A DNA stretch of 64,000 nucleotides, from assembly GCA_964106645.2 (NCBI GenBank), contig OZ067040.1. One strand, given 5' to 3'. The position numbers were made by a program, and so were the translations under genes. The notes beneath the pieces are model-generated. The model saw only the letters and a list, made by a program, of their open reading frames with translations. It searched no databases and was not told where the DNA came from. This stretch comes from Podarcis pityusensis (lineage: Eukaryota). The stretch's first letter is position 1. Every line of letters begins with the position of its first letter. This document shows, piece after piece, positions 37,993 through 52,730 of this stretch.

Positions 37993-38309
37993 AAGGTGTA
38001 AAGGGACCCCTGACCATTAGGTCCAGTCGTGGCCGACTCTGGGGTTTTATTGGCCGAGGGAGCCGGTGTACAGTTTCCGGGTCATGGGGCCAGCATGACT
38101 AAGCCGCTTCTAGTGAACCAGAGCAGCGCACGGAAACGCCGTTTACCTTCCCGCCCGAGCAGTACCTATTTATCTACTTGCACTTTGAGGTGCTTTCGAA
38201 CTGCTAGGTTGGCAGGAGCAGGGATCGAGCAACGGGATTTGAACCGCCGACCTTCTGATCAGCAAGTCCTAGGCTCTGTGGTTTAACCCACAGTGCCACC
38301 CGCGTCCCT
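37993..38309 (-). mobile_element. Sauria SINE, near full length with TSD
   Basis: 5' gggacgcgggtggc and 3' ggtccctttaca-cctt ends. 12-bp TSD aggtagtgccta at 37981-37992 and 38310-38321. Confidence 0.95.
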
Positions 38310-39634
38310 AGGTAGTGCCTAGGATATCTTAAATTTAATGCATTAATTTAGTACTGCAAACAAAAATATTTAATTACTAACCAAACTTAAAGCTTAAATT
38401 CAATTTTTGATTCCATGCAATTCAAACTTAGATTCAATCTGTAATAAAATCTCTTACGCTTTCAAAATCAATTTATCTTAAGGGCTTGTAAAACTTCTGC
38501 AATAAATAAAGAAAAAACAGTGGCAGCTCATTCCTCTCATGACTCCAATTCTACAATATTTCATGGATGGATTATTCTTAACATAAAGCTATTTTGGCTG
38601 GTTTGAGCAGTAAGTGGGATATGAAAGCATAATAAAAATGAACGTGTACAACTTAAGTAAAACTGAAAGTGTTTAAAAATCCATCTTGAGAACTATATGA
38701 ACACTATTATACATTTATCAACACTACAAAGTTTAACTTTGATTAACAAAAGCAGCATTAGGCTCAGCAAAAAGGATTTAAAAGCCTGCCTTCCAATGAA
38801 GTGTTGTTTTTTTTCCAAATGCCCTTGGATATTCAGATATAGCTGTGCTTTCTGTCATCCTTGGCTAAGGAAAGAGGTTCCCAACACATGGTGTTTGGAA
38901 TTGGCAGTGCCCTATCTCAAAATAAATTTTCTAGTAAATATAAAGACGGTAAATATCCCTTAGGTGATAGTCCTAAATTACCTCAGCTGGAACTAAAGTC
39001 CACTGAATTCAACCGGGCACACATACAAGTTAATGTTTATATGACCAAGGGGACCAAGAAAGCTTTCAACTAACAACAAGAAACTTTCTAAATGAAAGTG
39101 AACCATTTAACTATAGAGTGTAAAGACCTCTTTAGGTCATTTACACACTCCTCCTCAGATGTATTTCTCTTTATTTTAATTCAGACTTTGAATTCTAAAA
39201 TTAATCAGCCTCTAGACCCTATTAGAATTTTCCCAACTTGCTGTATTATTATGGGCAAGTCACTCATCTAAAAATGGGAACGGCTTCCATTAATTTCTAT
39301 GGCTCAAAGCTTATACTCTTAAAAGCCTTTCTAAACAATCAGGAGGAAGGGAATTGCACTTTAGTTGCATGGGATCCAAAATACCCTTCCTTACAGAAGC
39401 GCTTGTATTGGCTGCATCACATTTTCCTAGTGCTCAAATCACAGCCTATGTTGCTCATCTCCCAGCAAGCAAGGTCTTTGGATTGAAAATTCTGCCAGGA
39501 ATGTGGCTGAGCAAGTTTCATGAGCCACCAACAGGCCATCATCATTTCAGGAGATGGAAGAGTCCAAGCCTGTACCCCAGAGTAGGGAACCCACTACCAA
39601 TATCTGCAGGCTCCTGATCCTGATATACTCATCC

Positions 39635-39636
<2 letters not shown>

Positions 39637-39665
<29 letters not shown>
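39637..39665. repeat. (CTG)n trinucleotide microsatellite, intronic
   Basis: About 9-10 perfect units. Confidence 0.95.
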
Positions 39666-39667
<2 letters not shown>

Positions 39668-41345
39668 GTTTATCCGCCCTCTTGAAAGGAACAAGCAAGG
39701 AGAAGGAGCAGAAACCCAGCATGCCTCACTGATTATCTTAGAGGACTGGGCCAGTGGGAGAGGTAAGCAAGTGAAAAACAACAGCAAGGTGGAGGGCCAT
39801 CTCATGCAGTATCTTGCCTCAAAGTACCAAAAAGAAGCACTTGTCAGTGACTTACTGATACTGCTGATGACATTCTTGATCACCCCATCCCATGTCTGAG
39901 ACTGCACAAAAGAGACTTGCATGAAAGTTGAAACTGACTGCTTTCCCACAGGCAAACTATTGGGGGGTGGGGCGAAACTCATAGTGTTTACAATTATTCG
40001 ATTCCCATTGAAGGATTTCCCAAATAGCCCCTGAAATTCAGTTCCCTGTATTGCTAGCTCTGGATTTCTCCACATACAGTCCGAGCATTCCCACTTGTCT
40101 TGCCTTTTAAAAATAAGAAGGGGGGAAGGGAACACAACACAACTATTATTCTCCATGCATTGTACATGGCCTCAATTTCTCACTGCTACCTCTGAATCAA
40201 TATGGATTTTTTCTCCCAAAGATTAAAACATAGCAGGGGCAGACTGTGGACTGATGGTCTCGCCACAATTCTTTTAGTGAGCTTTGCCACTATACAAGTG
40301 GTAGAATGTTTGAAGGAAGCCTTGTGGTTCAGTTTCTGAGACTGGAAAAATAAAAAAAGCACCTCCTAATTCCAGACTCCACTAAAAAAAGAGGGGGAGA
40401 GTTTCTACAAATTTGCTTGACTGAATACAAAGAGATGCTAAGTAGAAGATTTTGTGCTAAGAGCAAATGTATCAAAATCTGAAACAGACAACAAACATAA
40501 AAATCATAGCATTTGTGTGTATATGGTAGTGGTGGGGGAGGGAGGGAGAGACGGAGGGGGGAAAGGGAGAGAACACAATAATGGAAGGGAATGGAAAAAT
40601 AAAAAGCATAAATAGCCATTGAAACCTTAATGCCATCCAAAGAGAAATAAGTAGGTTTTTAGATTTTCAGCAATAGTATTTTTAAAGTCAGTGGATTAAA
40701 AGAACGACTAGGAGATGGGAAATTCTGCCAGACTGCCTTAGAGGCCTCATGCTCACCACTCAGCTGTTAAGCAAAACATTTTTTCATCTGTCAAATGCTG
40801 AAGGATATAGGTTACAATTTTAAATGAAAAATGGTCTGAAGTATTCTATTTTCAATAAATGATCTAAACATAAAAGCTTTCCTTGTAAAATAATGTACAG
40901 TAGAATATTTGCAGCAAAAAATATCAGCATCTCACATTGTATTAGCACATCATATCTGCAGCATGCTGTGCCACCATCAGGAAGAACCATGTTAAGAGGC
41001 TGAACTATGGTTCATAGGCCCTTGGGCCACTGGAGGCTGAGCACATCATGGAAGCCATGTTCCAAGTCTCCTGGGAGACTGTGTTGGCTGCACTTCTCAT
41101 ATAGTACACCCTGCCAACTGATCCACCAAATGGCACGAAGGCTGACTTGTCTGCTCTCTTGGCCAGCCCTGCACTGCTTGCAATTGCAGCCAGAAACAAA
41201 CTTGGACAACACTAGAGGAAAGCAGGGAGGAGGGCACAGAGTGTGGAGAATGAATTTGAAAAGTAGCTTTTTATTTTATTTTATTTTATTTTAAGAAAGA
41301 AAGATCATTTTTAAACCCATCATGTTTTTTAAAAAATCACCTACA

Positions 41346-41347
<2 letters not shown>

Positions 41348-41377
<30 letters not shown>
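41348..41377. repeat. (CA)n microsatellite
   Basis: About 15 units. Confidence 0.95.
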
Positions 41378-41379
<2 letters not shown>

Positions 41380-41631
41380 ATTTATAGGTGTGGGTGTGAA
41401 TATATCATACACTTTTAAGTTTCATAAATACACTACTTTAAAATGTATTAACACCACATCATGAGCCCCAGAAGTATTAGGTGTACATATATCCAAAAAT
41501 CGGTAATACAGTGCTGTAGATTAAAAGAGACCTATTCAAACCAAATTTGCAGCTACTGCAAATTTCCATAAAAATGCGATTTGTTATACAACTAGTTGAA
41601 CTACAGATCAGCAGTGCTGTTGCATTCTTAC

Positions 41632-41775
41632 CTTATCTTTTGTTAACAAATGTTTTCTAGACAATTTAGATTGTTGATTATTCAGAGCAGTAACAGAAGA
41701 ACAGTTGTACTCAGCATCTGCTTCTTGGATATGTTTACCTCTGCTTGTCCTCCCAAAAGGAACAGGTTTTGAGAT
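41632..41775 (-). CDS. USP45: USP45 exon
   Basis: ISKPVPFGRTSRGKHIQEADAEYNCSSVTALNNQQSKLSRKHLLTKDK. 144 nt, cag/gtaaga boundaries. Confidence 0.9.
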
Positions 41776-42299
41776 CTGGAAAATACACGTGGTTATTCAA
41801 GGTAAAACATACACTCTCCTATATAAAAAAAATCTTTCCCTCCTACCTTTTCCAAACAAGATAGTGCTGGCTTATATCAATATGCACAGGGTAAATTAGA
41901 CATTTGACACTTTTAAATATATATATCTGGTTAGTTTACTGGTCAAGTCCTAATCATATTGTGTAAAATAATATTAATGTGTTTTAAAATTTAATTAGAT
42001 TGTGTTAATAATTACAAAGACATATATCTTCTAGAAAACTTCACAAAATTACTGCTCCCAGAAACTTGAGAGAGTAGCATAGGTCAAGGCTTTCCTTTTA
42101 AAAATCAAATACAATGGGCTAAATCAGCCCTTTCCAAACTCAGGTCCCTAGTTGTTGTTGGTATACAGCCCACATCAACCCCAACCATCAGCTATGTTTG
42201 AAGGGAATAATGGAGGTTGCATCTGGGCACCCAAGGCTACAGAAGGCTGGGCTAAGAGGGAGTCCTAAGCCTTGAGCACTTGCAATCTATGCAGGGTTG

Positions 42300-42490
42300 C
42301 TCCTTCAGGAACTCCGGAAGCTGCCTCATACTCGGTCAGGCTACTGTTTCATCTTGCTCAGTATTGTCTACAATAACTAGCAGTGACTTTCCAGGTTTTC
42401 AAACTGGGTTTTCTCTGTAGATGTAGGGATTGAACCTGGGACCTTCTACATGCAAAGCAGATGCTCTGCTAACAGAGCTGCAGCCCTTCT
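42300..42490 (-). mobile_element. tRNA-derived SINE, diverged
   Basis: gggattgaacctgggaccttctacatgcaaagcagatgctct...gagctgcagccc is the reverse complement of a tRNA-like head. Confidence 0.65.
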
Positions 42491-44412
42491 CCATGAGCTA
42501 TGGTCCTGCCCTCAAATGTTCCGGCAACTGTAGCTAAGTGTCTATGAACAGCTGCAGAGTTTCCAAACAGAAATCAAGTAGTCCCTGAGCATTTTCAGAG
42601 CACATTCATCTATTATAAATTCATTTGGGTATTTTATACCCTGCTTTTAGGATTAAAATTTCTCAAAGCCCTTTTTTGTTAAGTTCACGAAGAACTAATG
42701 TCTGTCTCACCATTAGGCTGACTACCTAGGATGGCTGCAGTGTGAGAGCTGTAAATCAGTGGTGACTTAGGAGGCTGTCCGAAGTAGGGGAAGAAGCTCA
42801 ATAAACCAGGGTTAGGGAACTTGTGATGCCTCTCCCCCAGCTGTTGTTGGACTCTTAACTCCCATCAGCTTCGAGCAGCATGGCAAATGGTCAGAGAAGA
42901 GTTTGAGTCCAGCGACAGTTGGGATCTCCACCAGTTCTCCATCCCTGCAATATGTGGAGTCTAAGTATTCCCTGCAAAATGGTGACATCATTGCCTTATT
43001 AAGGAGGGCATGCATTTGCACATACATATTCATTACATACAAGTGGTCAAACATGTAGGAAATTGACCAGCTTTCCAACTCCAGAACAAGTATAAAAAGT
43101 ATAAAATTGCTTGAAAAAGGAGACACACACTAAAAAGACACAACCCACAAGTAAAAGATCCTGCAAGCTGACTGTAGAGATTTAGCCAACTCCACCTAGC
43201 TTTCTTCACTCCACCTTCCATAGTCATTACATGCTGGTTTCTCTGTTGAGAGATACTGTTTGCTAATCTATTTTACATAGCAGGGTCCTAGGGTTTTAAA
43301 CTTCCCCTCCAACTGCTTGACTGGCCAAGTACCGCATGCTTCAAGGCATATCCTTCCTTTCTTTTCTATTGGTGACCGATTAAAGTAATACAGTACAGCT
43401 GAAAGTGTGTACTCACATATGCTTGTTTAAAAAAAATTCAGTTCACAGAAAAATGTGGTAGATTTGTACATGCATATGGGCTATCCAGTCCAAATCAGTA
43501 GCACTGGCCTAAGGAGATCATATGATGCATAAAAGCAAAACAACTTCAACCTTACAGGTCATACTCAAACATCTGACAAGGCTGGGCCTATACAGAATAC
43601 AAACTTCATTTATTTGCTCATTTCAAAGTCGTGAGGCGCCTTAGATAACCAGCTGAGGACTGCATCCATCAAAAATAGCTCTTTTCCCACAACAGTGATT
43701 CTTACCCATCCCCAATAATGCTACTTGTTAAAAATACCTGATTGCCTGAAGAAGTTCACCCTTCATGGGTCAACACTGAATAATTTAGGTCATTTATTTT
43801 AAATATAACCGATGTAGCTGAGCAGATTCCTTCTCCCCCACCCGTCCACCCTTCAAATACCAAACACTGTGAGGGTGCTTATACTTTATGAGGAAAACAC
43901 CTCTTTCCATAAGACACTCCAGTTACACTGCATGTTTTCACTGTGAATAACTGATTCATAGCAGAGAAAATGCTAATAACTACTTGCCAAGTACGGTAAC
44001 ACATCAAGTTAATGCTTATACTGCTCACCTTTTATATCAGACAAGATCAGTTGTGTGCTTCTGGTATAAAACTAGTATATCATACAGGCAAAGGGAAATG
44101 GCTAGATAATAAATGTGTCTGAATTTATTAATCTTACATAAGAGTCCCAATTCAGGAAGGGCAATCCACACACATTAAAAAGGATCCAAGCATGATTTAA
44201 AAAAATAAATAAATATGATAGTCACCCCTTTGGTCAGTGCAGATGGTCAAGTTCAGTTTGGCAGTGCCAATATCTAAGGTAGGGTATGGAGAGACTGAAT
44301 CCTGGCAATCTAATGTTTTGGCTGCTCCAACATCCAGTCAGTGATCCGCAAACACAGCAGCATGATGCTAATGTAGCAATTGTAGCTATTTATTAAAGAA
44401 GTTGTTTCTTAC

Positions 44413-44469
44413 CCTCTCTTCTATTATAGGAAGTGAAAGATCAATGAAAGGTTCCTTTACTGTGGAAAT
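44413..44469 (-). CDS. USP45: USP45 exon
   Basis: ISTVKEPFIDLSLPIIEER. 57 nt, aag/gtaaga boundaries. Confidence 0.95.
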
Positions 44470-45912
44470 CTTAGAAGAAAGTAAAAAAAGAAATATATCA
44501 AAGTGGAGTTTCCATCATGCATTAGAATCTATAAACAATATCTATAAAAAATAAACAAAATTATGTTGTGAACTACCCTGCGATCTTCAGATGAAGGGTG
44601 GTAAACAAATTTAATAATAAAAATTAATAATATCTGCCTAATTCAAAAATATTACACACATTAAGGTTTCTTTATGTAGTGAAGAACTTCACAATACTGT
44701 TTTAGAAATGAAGTGACTGTGATTTCATTTTGGTTGTGTTGTTGTTGTTTATAAAAAAAAGCTAAACGGAAGTATGAACACTGTCAAAATCTAGAGGTAG
44801 GCATAGATTTCATTCGCAACAGAACATTTTGTCTTTTAGAACTTACTTTCAATACTATCAGAACATTATTAGAGGCTAAATTTAGGCACAGAAATCTAAA
44901 CATGTTTATTTTTTTGCTGTTTTACACCAACTTTAACATGCTCCCCTTTCTCTTAACCACTAGCATCACTTTAGGCTTCAGCAACACAAGAACTCTGGCA
45001 ATGGGCCTATACTAATAAGCAGAGGCAGCAAAATGCCCCACTTAGAGACTCCACTGGAAACCCACACATTAACATTTAAAGGTGGGTCATGTTTCTTTCA
45101 AAGATGAACTTTGAGAGACACTGATGAAGTCTTTCCAGATACTAGGAGAGGGAGGGGGAAAGAAATATTTTTTCAAGTCCAACTACAACTGTATCAATGT
45201 GGTGCCTGCCAGCAGGATTCTAGCCTTGTTTCCTATGGACAGGGAATCTCCATGTCCAAAAAAGCAAGCCAACTTTTGCAGTTCAGGGCACCGGTTTCCA
45301 GCGACTAGTCCCTGCCAATGCTGGCAAGGGAATACGAGTCGGAAACTTGTTTACCAGGGCTGTAGATAGCTCATGCCTGACACCAGCATGAGCAGGATTG
45401 CAAGGATGAGGCCACAATGATACAGAACAGTTAATCTTTCTGGCACCCCAATCCTAGCCATATGCATGGATCTAGCTGCTTGCAAAGGCTTTGGCTCAAT
45501 GACATGTTTTCTGACATTTTGCTTATGAAGTATTCAACATGCATCACACTCGGTAATTTCCTGGTACAGCAAGTCTTACGGATGTATTTCCCTCAGTGGT
45601 TTTTCCCAGGAGGTATCTTGGGAACAAATGGTTCGCACAGTTGTTGCAAGATGGTAAATCCCACATTTAAGAACAATTTGCCCCCCAGGGACATTCTGAT
45701 CTACATTGTGAGGAACACTGCCCTCTTTCAAGGTAGCAAATCTGGCTCCAGTATTTCCATTTATGCAACTGTTCAGCATCATCACTATGCCAGTAGACAA
45801 CATCATGAGTAAACATCTCAGTATGCCACTTCAATGCCACAGACTGTAGGGCTTATTCAGGAATAAATTATTATACTGCTTTTTGATGGTGCAGCATAAT
45901 AATACTCTAAAA

Positions 45913-46275
45913 CAGGTGTGGCTAACTGTTTTTTACTTGAAAGCTGACCAAATTCACTACTGACCAACCCTTCAGGGTCCACATGCCAGTGATAAGTGTG
46001 GCCATTCCACACATAGGATAGGGGCAAACAGCCCCCCCTTCTCAGAAAACCCATGCAGATCAGCTAATTTCAAATGTTTGAGCTAATGACTGAGAAGGTG
46101 GAGATTTGGATTCCCATAGGGGTGCTGGGCTCTGCTCACCTCAGAGCTGTCTCTACTGTGAAGTGTGTAGAATTATTTTTTTTGGCCAGAGCTGCAAATT
46201 CTGAGGTCTTGAAGAGCAAAGAAACTGGCTTGGGGAGTTGGATCAGGTCCCCAAACTGAGGGTTAGCCAGCCCTG
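45913..46275. mobile_element. Non-autonomous hAT element
   Basis: TIRs caggtgtggctaac / gttagccagccctg; 8-bp TSD ctctaaaa/ctctagaa. Confidence 0.75.
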
Positions 46276-47442
46276 CTCTAGAAAAAGGAGGAGCGTCATG
46301 GAATGATTAAAATTGTCCCTTGTTATGCTGGAGTGGAACTGGGTGGTGTGAACAAGTTTGTGGGACAGGGCTAAAGGCTATAGAAAGATTTAAGTCTTTC
46401 AATGACGTACTTATTTAGATTGATATTATAAAACAACAAGTCTACTGAAAGTTATAATGGAATTGCCACACTGGGGAATATCTCATATTTGCTAAAATAT
46501 GAAAACCAATATATTGTCAGCTGGTAGAACTATATAAGGCTACTGAACAACTGTCTATACCTGTCTGTCTGTCTACCTATCACCCAGAGCCAGCCTCAGG
46601 GATCAACATTGTTGGGCAACAACTGAGGCCCATGGCCTAGCGGGGGCCCTCTGCCAATCCCTGGAATCTCTTGCCCTCTTGTTGCTTCCTATTTAACTGC
46701 TCTTGAATCAAAAGGAAAATTAGGGAAGAAAGAAGGACTCGCATACCTTTCCCACCCAACACACACACACGCTTTCTTGAAATTGGTGGAAACAATCCGG
46801 AGGGAGGAATGAACAGGTAGTGGAAACAGTAGCAAGGAGGTAGGTATGCCCAGTTAGGGAAAAGGGTGCACAGAAAGAATTTTGTCAAAAGACCTCACCA
46901 CCCAAAAAAAACCCACCCCCATTTATAACTGGCACTACTAACAGCTTCTGGGATATTAGTATTTTCTGTAGATGGTATTTTTAGTTCCATGCTGTGCATG
47001 AGGAACTAGCTAAGGAACCCTGAAGAGAATGTATAAGCACACACAAAGACCTATAGGTCTTTGATGATAATGTTACAAACCTGCAGAAGGGCTGAGGAGA
47101 ACATCTAGTTTTTCTTCAAGCAAGGAAGCAGCTACATGGCAGCTAGAGGGATATGTTATACTTAATGCATAATTAGTTTTTGATCTTACTTTCATTACAG
47201 TATTAGAATTCAGATCTCCAACCTAAAATTATCCAGGTGATCAGGGTTGTGTTTTTTTATGAAACTCCCTTCTCTATATGAAAGTGAAATTTAAAGGGTT
47301 GCACTTTGAAATAATCTGTTTTCTAATATACTATTGCAAGACATTGATAAAACAGACAGTACAGAAGTAAATAAAAAAACACAGTACATTCAAATCATTA
47401 AGTGATCTTTTACTTTAACAAATCAAATTCCAGAATACCTAC

Positions 47443-47534
47443 ATTTTCACATTCCTCACACATGATAGTGCTAGTCAATTCACCAACAAAGATCCTATCT
47501 ATGAAGTTCATCTTCACACCCTCTCTTCCATATG
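47443..47534 (-). CDS. USP45: USP45 exon
   Basis: (A)YGREGVKMNFIDRIFVGELTSTIMCEECEN. 92 nt. Confidence 0.96.
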
Positions 47535-48715
47535 CTGCAAAAACATTACCCTTTTTTAAAGGAGGAAACACATACATCCATTCTAAAAACGATTCATTCT
47601 AGGATTTTCTTCTTAAAACAATTAGTGCATTGTAAGTAAACATCTGCAATACTATCAACACAGAAACATTTCCATTCATCAGTCCTTAATACAGTTTTGA
47701 GAGTGATAAAACATTTAGCATGTATTTCAAACCGAGGGATTAAAATGCAAAATATGACTATACCTATCCATATACTCTTACACAGTGGACATTTTATTAT
47801 GCTATACAAAGCATCAACAGCACTTCAGAGTGATCCCACTATGTTTTTCCTCCTTGAGTAGTCTGCCTTAAGTATTAAAGAACTAACATTTAAGGCAGAC
47901 TCCTTTGCGGGGCAGGGAGAGGAACTTTTGGTTTTCGTATTCAAAACAAGACTCCATAGTAACTTGTAATAAGATATCAAAAGCAAATACTTTAACATAA
48001 ATCGTAATGCTTGTGTTTTAAATTCATAGATAAAAATATATTCCAGCTCATGTTTTTCGTATGTGTGCTTTGATATTTTGACTTATGCAGCTGTTAAGGC
48101 AGTCCTGCTGGTTTTGCCTGAACTTGCTTCCCAGTAAATGTGGAATGTGGCCGTATAAGGTTACAGCCTTATATCTCTGTCTTACAGGGTAATTTATGGA
48201 CAGCTTAATGCCACAGTTTCTAAGTGGTGATTTGCCTTGAACTAGACTTCATAGACTCATCCTCCAAGGGCTGAGAAAAAGGGGAGGGTGTTTTCCATTC
48301 CTTACTCCTCTAGCCTTCCCCAAATTGAATCCTCAACTTAATTAGAATATGTATACTTGAGTAGAGGGCAGTGAGCAGGACTTCCTGACCCACTTAAAAT
48401 TCTAGCTTCTCCATATATATTTTTTTACAGAGGGCTAAAGACAGAAGACAACCTAGCTATGTGAATCATAGCTAGATCAGAGAATCAGGTTACAAGTGTA
48501 GAACAAAATGATCAATGGGAGTGTTTTGCATGCGCACTAGATGGCACCAGAATAATAGGCACAAGCCCTGAAAAAGCCACACGGAACCTCCAGTGTGATT
48601 CATTTGAATGAAATTATATATTCATGAATACAATATTTCATAGTCAATTCATTTGCAAAAGCAAACTCAAACCAGACTCTGTGCAAGTTAACACAATGGC
48701 ACATTTGCTAAATAC

Positions 48716-48797
48716 CTTTGACTTTCCTTTTTGTCTCTTCGTCTGCAGTTTTAGTTGTTGGATTATTGAATGCTTTTAAGATTGCAGCTTGTATGCG
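48716..48797 (-). CDS. USP45: USP45 exon
   Basis: RIQAAILKAFNNPTTKTADEETKRKVK. 82 nt. Confidence 0.96.
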
Positions 48798-51700
48798 CTG
48801 TAAGAAACATTCAGCACATATTTTGTCAAAAATTCAAACTTGCAAGGACAGTGAAATATATTAAACGGAACAAACAACAACAAATAAGAAGAACACTTGA
48901 CAGTACTGTCAAAAATATGTAGCCTCTTACATTTTATACATTGCTAGTAAATTTGAAACTTAAATTGTTAATATTAAAGGTATCCATCAGCTGCCCCACT
49001 TCAAAGATAACTATGTTTCTTCAGGCAAGTAGCAAACTGATTACACAATTGTAGAATGATTATCTTTTTCCCTCTCTAAAAAAGCCATGGAAGAAACCCT
49101 GAAATGCCAAGTAGAAGACAACAAAATTGCCGCCCTAATTTAACTGTTTTAATGGGAAAAATGCAGCTGTATTTACTGAGCCAGCTTTCTAACATACAGG
49201 ACAATGACAAAAGTAATTAAAGTCAACCTGGTATCTTGGTGATGGGGTATTTGTTACAGGGCTCAGAACCTGTGGCTCACCAGATGTTGTTGACCTACAA
49301 CTCTCATCATTCCTGACCACTGGCCATGCTGGCTGGTAGCAAAGGGAGTTGTAGTTCAGCAGCAGCTGGAGGGCTACCAGTTCCCTGTGCCTGACATAGA
49401 ATCTATAAAAAAAATACTGGTATGGTATAATGGCTAAGAGTGTGAACCAAAGTGCCCAGTTTGCTTTTGCCTCAATGTATATGAATATATTTAACATGTT
49501 TCAGCTTTCTCTCTATATAAACAACAGAAACAGCAGAGAGACAAGGCAATCAGAATTGGGCCTGTGTTGCATGCGGGACAGAGATTAGCTCTTTTCCCCA
49601 CTGTGGTCCAGATTGAAATAAAATACACAGACACACACTGAACCTCCTTTAAGCCCTGCCAGGGAAGATTCCATCGGAGTCAATGGAAACTTTATTGCTA
49701 GGACTTATAATGACTTCAGGGGGATACGATTTCCACTGGGACTACTGGGGAGGGAGTGGAAAGGTTAACTCCTTCTCCCCATACATCATGGTTCCAATCC
49801 TTAGGGATGCCCCCCTAGCACAATTAACAATTGTGTTAGGAAGAGTGAGGCCACACACACAATTGAACTTCTGAAAATAGAAAATGTTAAGTATTAAATA
49901 AAGCCATAATGTTGGGGGGGGGGGCGTTATAGCTAAAACATATATGAACATGGCATTCAATGAAAATCTAATTATATAGTCCACATGTAGCCAAACATTT
50001 AAGAACATTAAGTATCTTCCAACTAAGTCATGTTTTACTATGCAGTGGCATTCTAGATATGGGCCTTTCTAAACTCATTCCTCACATGTGCTGATAAGAT
50101 GTGTCAGTATCAACATCAGAAAAGAAGAGGAAAAAAATACAATTGTATTTCTAACTTAGAAATGATGTACTTGCTCCACTTATACACCTTAACAGAGAAG
50201 TACCATGATAAATGTATTTTAAAATATTAACTACATCACTAGTGAACCAAGTAACAGCTTCTACTTCACAAGTATCTGACCTGGCTAGTGTATTAACTCC
50301 CAGTGCCTCAAGCTCTTTGTTCATCTTAAATCCAACAATATACTAAAGAGGGCTAATCAATAAATAACTCAGCAAGTTGGATACCATAAATGGGTTTAAG
50401 GCCATAAGCTACTCCCTTTTTGTTGGGATGAGTGCGTTGAACCATTTATTTAGGTCAAAGAAAACATAGTCTTTGAAGGGTTTGGGTGCAGCTAACAATG
50501 GCATCAGACATTAATCAATTAGCAGCAGGGTTCAAATACTTCAAGCCCTGGTGTGAAGCATCTCCAGTGCTGGAAAAAAAACCAGACAACATGCAATTTT
50601 GACTGTGGTATTGACTATTTCCATTTGCTGTGCCGTTTTCAAAAAAGGCTCACTTGCATACATTAATGTAATTTAGAAGGATGCAAATACAAAGAACACC
50701 AAGTGTTTGGGAATAAGGAAGCATTCTGAGTCCACAAATGAGATTATCAGCATGAATGAAAATTTGAAAGCACTTTAACAGGAAACAAAATGCAGGATCG
50801 ACAAGCAATAGAGACTCCCTGCACTTAAAAAAAAAAAAAAGTTGTCATAAATTTTAGTTTAAAATAGTCTTTATATTATTGTATTTTAAAGGATCAGAAG
50901 ATTTTTTATTTAAAAAAATAAAGATCAGATTTTTAAAAAATTATATTTTAATTTATGCAGACTAGATGGTTCAGAAATAAAAGTTTAATATGGGGAAAGT
51001 GAAAAACGTGGCTATTTGGCAATTTAGGAAGACTGGTCTAAACTTTTACACTCAGAGTAAATACATTTAAGAGCAGCGTGAAAAACAGGAAGTTTTAAAG
51101 GATTCTGGTGGCAGACAGATTGCTCTAGGCATCCCTTCAAATAAAAAACAAAACACATGGTAGTGACACTCTCTAACAATAGCACGATTAACAGCTGTGG
51201 GGTTCCCATGACAGACAATGTTGCTCATGTTTTGTTTCAGACTGGCACAACTGTCACGGCTCACAAGATTGACCAGATCCACAAATCTGACATTTTCAGT
51301 TTGTCACACATCTATAAAATCGAAAAGGGAGAAGGGGGGGAAATCCCAAGAGCTTTTACTAGTAATGTCCCTTGCTGTGATGCCTGAGGTGATAAATTCC
51401 CAGTTCATACTATTCCACCATTATGGCAAAACATGGGTTTAATTGTTATCAGGGGTGGGATCAAGCTTTGTTTGTCCGTAAGTGGAAATGGGACTAGGAA
51501 ACAACTTCTACGCAGCTTTTCTTTTTCTGGTTTAAGTAAGACTAGAATGCATAATTATTGGCAAGGTAATGAAATAAACAAATAACTTTTAAGGCCCAGT
51601 AAAGGGTGTGTGCTAATTTTGGTTTATTTATTCTAACATAGTATTGGCCAACATTCTATTATAGGCAAGCGTTTTCTTGCTATAAAATTTTGCACAAAGC

Positions 51701-52436
51701 GATCAAGTGTTTCAAGCTATCAGTTGTGAAAATTAATATCTAATTAATACCTAAACAGGAAAAAATTCCCCCATTTCTACTTTTGGTTCTAAACTAAAGC
51801 ATCAGCATGTCTGAAGTGCTCACGCAACAATCTCAATATTTCCCCTCTATGTTTAACCTATAACTTTATTAGCTAATTAAGCATTAGGGATACTTTTATA
51901 CTCCAACACCCTAATAGTGTACATGCAAAACCAAAGCATATTGTAAGCAACCTTGTCCACCATACACAAAGAGCATTTCAATAAAAGCAAAACATGTTGT
52001 GTGATGATGACACAGCTGGACTGTGTGACACAGGACTATGTGCACCCCATTACATTGGTTTATTTTCCAGCTGAACAAGTTAGAGGGAGATCCCAGGACA
52101 AAGAAAGCAGTTTCCACATTGACTCAGGCCATGTAAGATTTTCTCGTCCTTATTTACACTGTACAGTGACATCTAAGACTTGTGGCTTCAAACCAAGGAT
52201 TCCACAAGCTATGGCAAACAACCTGGTGAGTAGCCAGACCTTACTGAAGCTAAGGAGGTGTAAAATTACTGGGAGCGTTATGTTAAATTGCCCTCAGATT
52301 TCTAAACAAAGGAAGACATGAATACAACTAAATAGGAACAAAAACAGACACATATTTGCTACTATTGCACAGATGTGTTAACTTTGCTGAGCCTGGAGTC
52401 CAGGGGTCCTCTCCATGCAGTAATATCTTTAATATA

Positions 52437-52563
52437 GACTCATAGAATTGCAGAGATGGAGGGGACCGCACGGATCATCTCATTCAACACCCTGCAATGC
52501 AGGAATCTTTTGCCCAACGTGGGGCTTGAACCCAGATTAAGAGTCTATTCTGCTTGTCTCAAC
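52437..52563 (-). mobile_element. SINE with tRNA-Lys-derived head and CR1-derived tail
   Basis: Reverse complement gactcttaatctgggttcaagccccacgttgggc (tRNA-Lys-CTT-like, internally deleted) joined to the CR1 3' end attcctgcattgcagg...ttctatgag. Confidence 0.75.
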
Positions 52564-52642
52564 TACCACATCAGAGCACCAAAAAATAGTTGAAATGTAA
52601 ATTTAAGTCTACTGCCTACTTATTGATTTACAAACATATCAC

Positions 52643-52730
52643 CTTTGTCTCTTCTATTCTCATTGCATCCAGCAAATAGTGGAGAACTTCTTGGCTGTCC
52701 TGCTGTTGAAATCCCTTAAAGCGAGGAGCC
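52643..52730 (-). CDS. USP45: USP45 exon (QQD box)
   Basis: [29 protein letters not shown]. 88 nt. Confidence 0.97.

Noticed and set aside
39629-40156. 175-aa ORF ending in polyQ
   Set aside because: No recognisable domain or splice support. The polyQ comes from an intronic (CTG)n microsatellite.
45300-45810. Moderately GC-rich intronic stretch with 76-116 aa ORFs, considered as a pseudogene or endogenous viral fragment
   Set aside because: No frame gave a motif I recognise. A tblastx or Dfam search would be needed, so I cannot support a call.
52500-52563. Possible tRNA-Lys gene (also tRNA-like heads at 18733, 24721 and ~42430)
   Set aside because: Internally deleted or diverged and fused to SINE bodies, with no complete cloverleaf.
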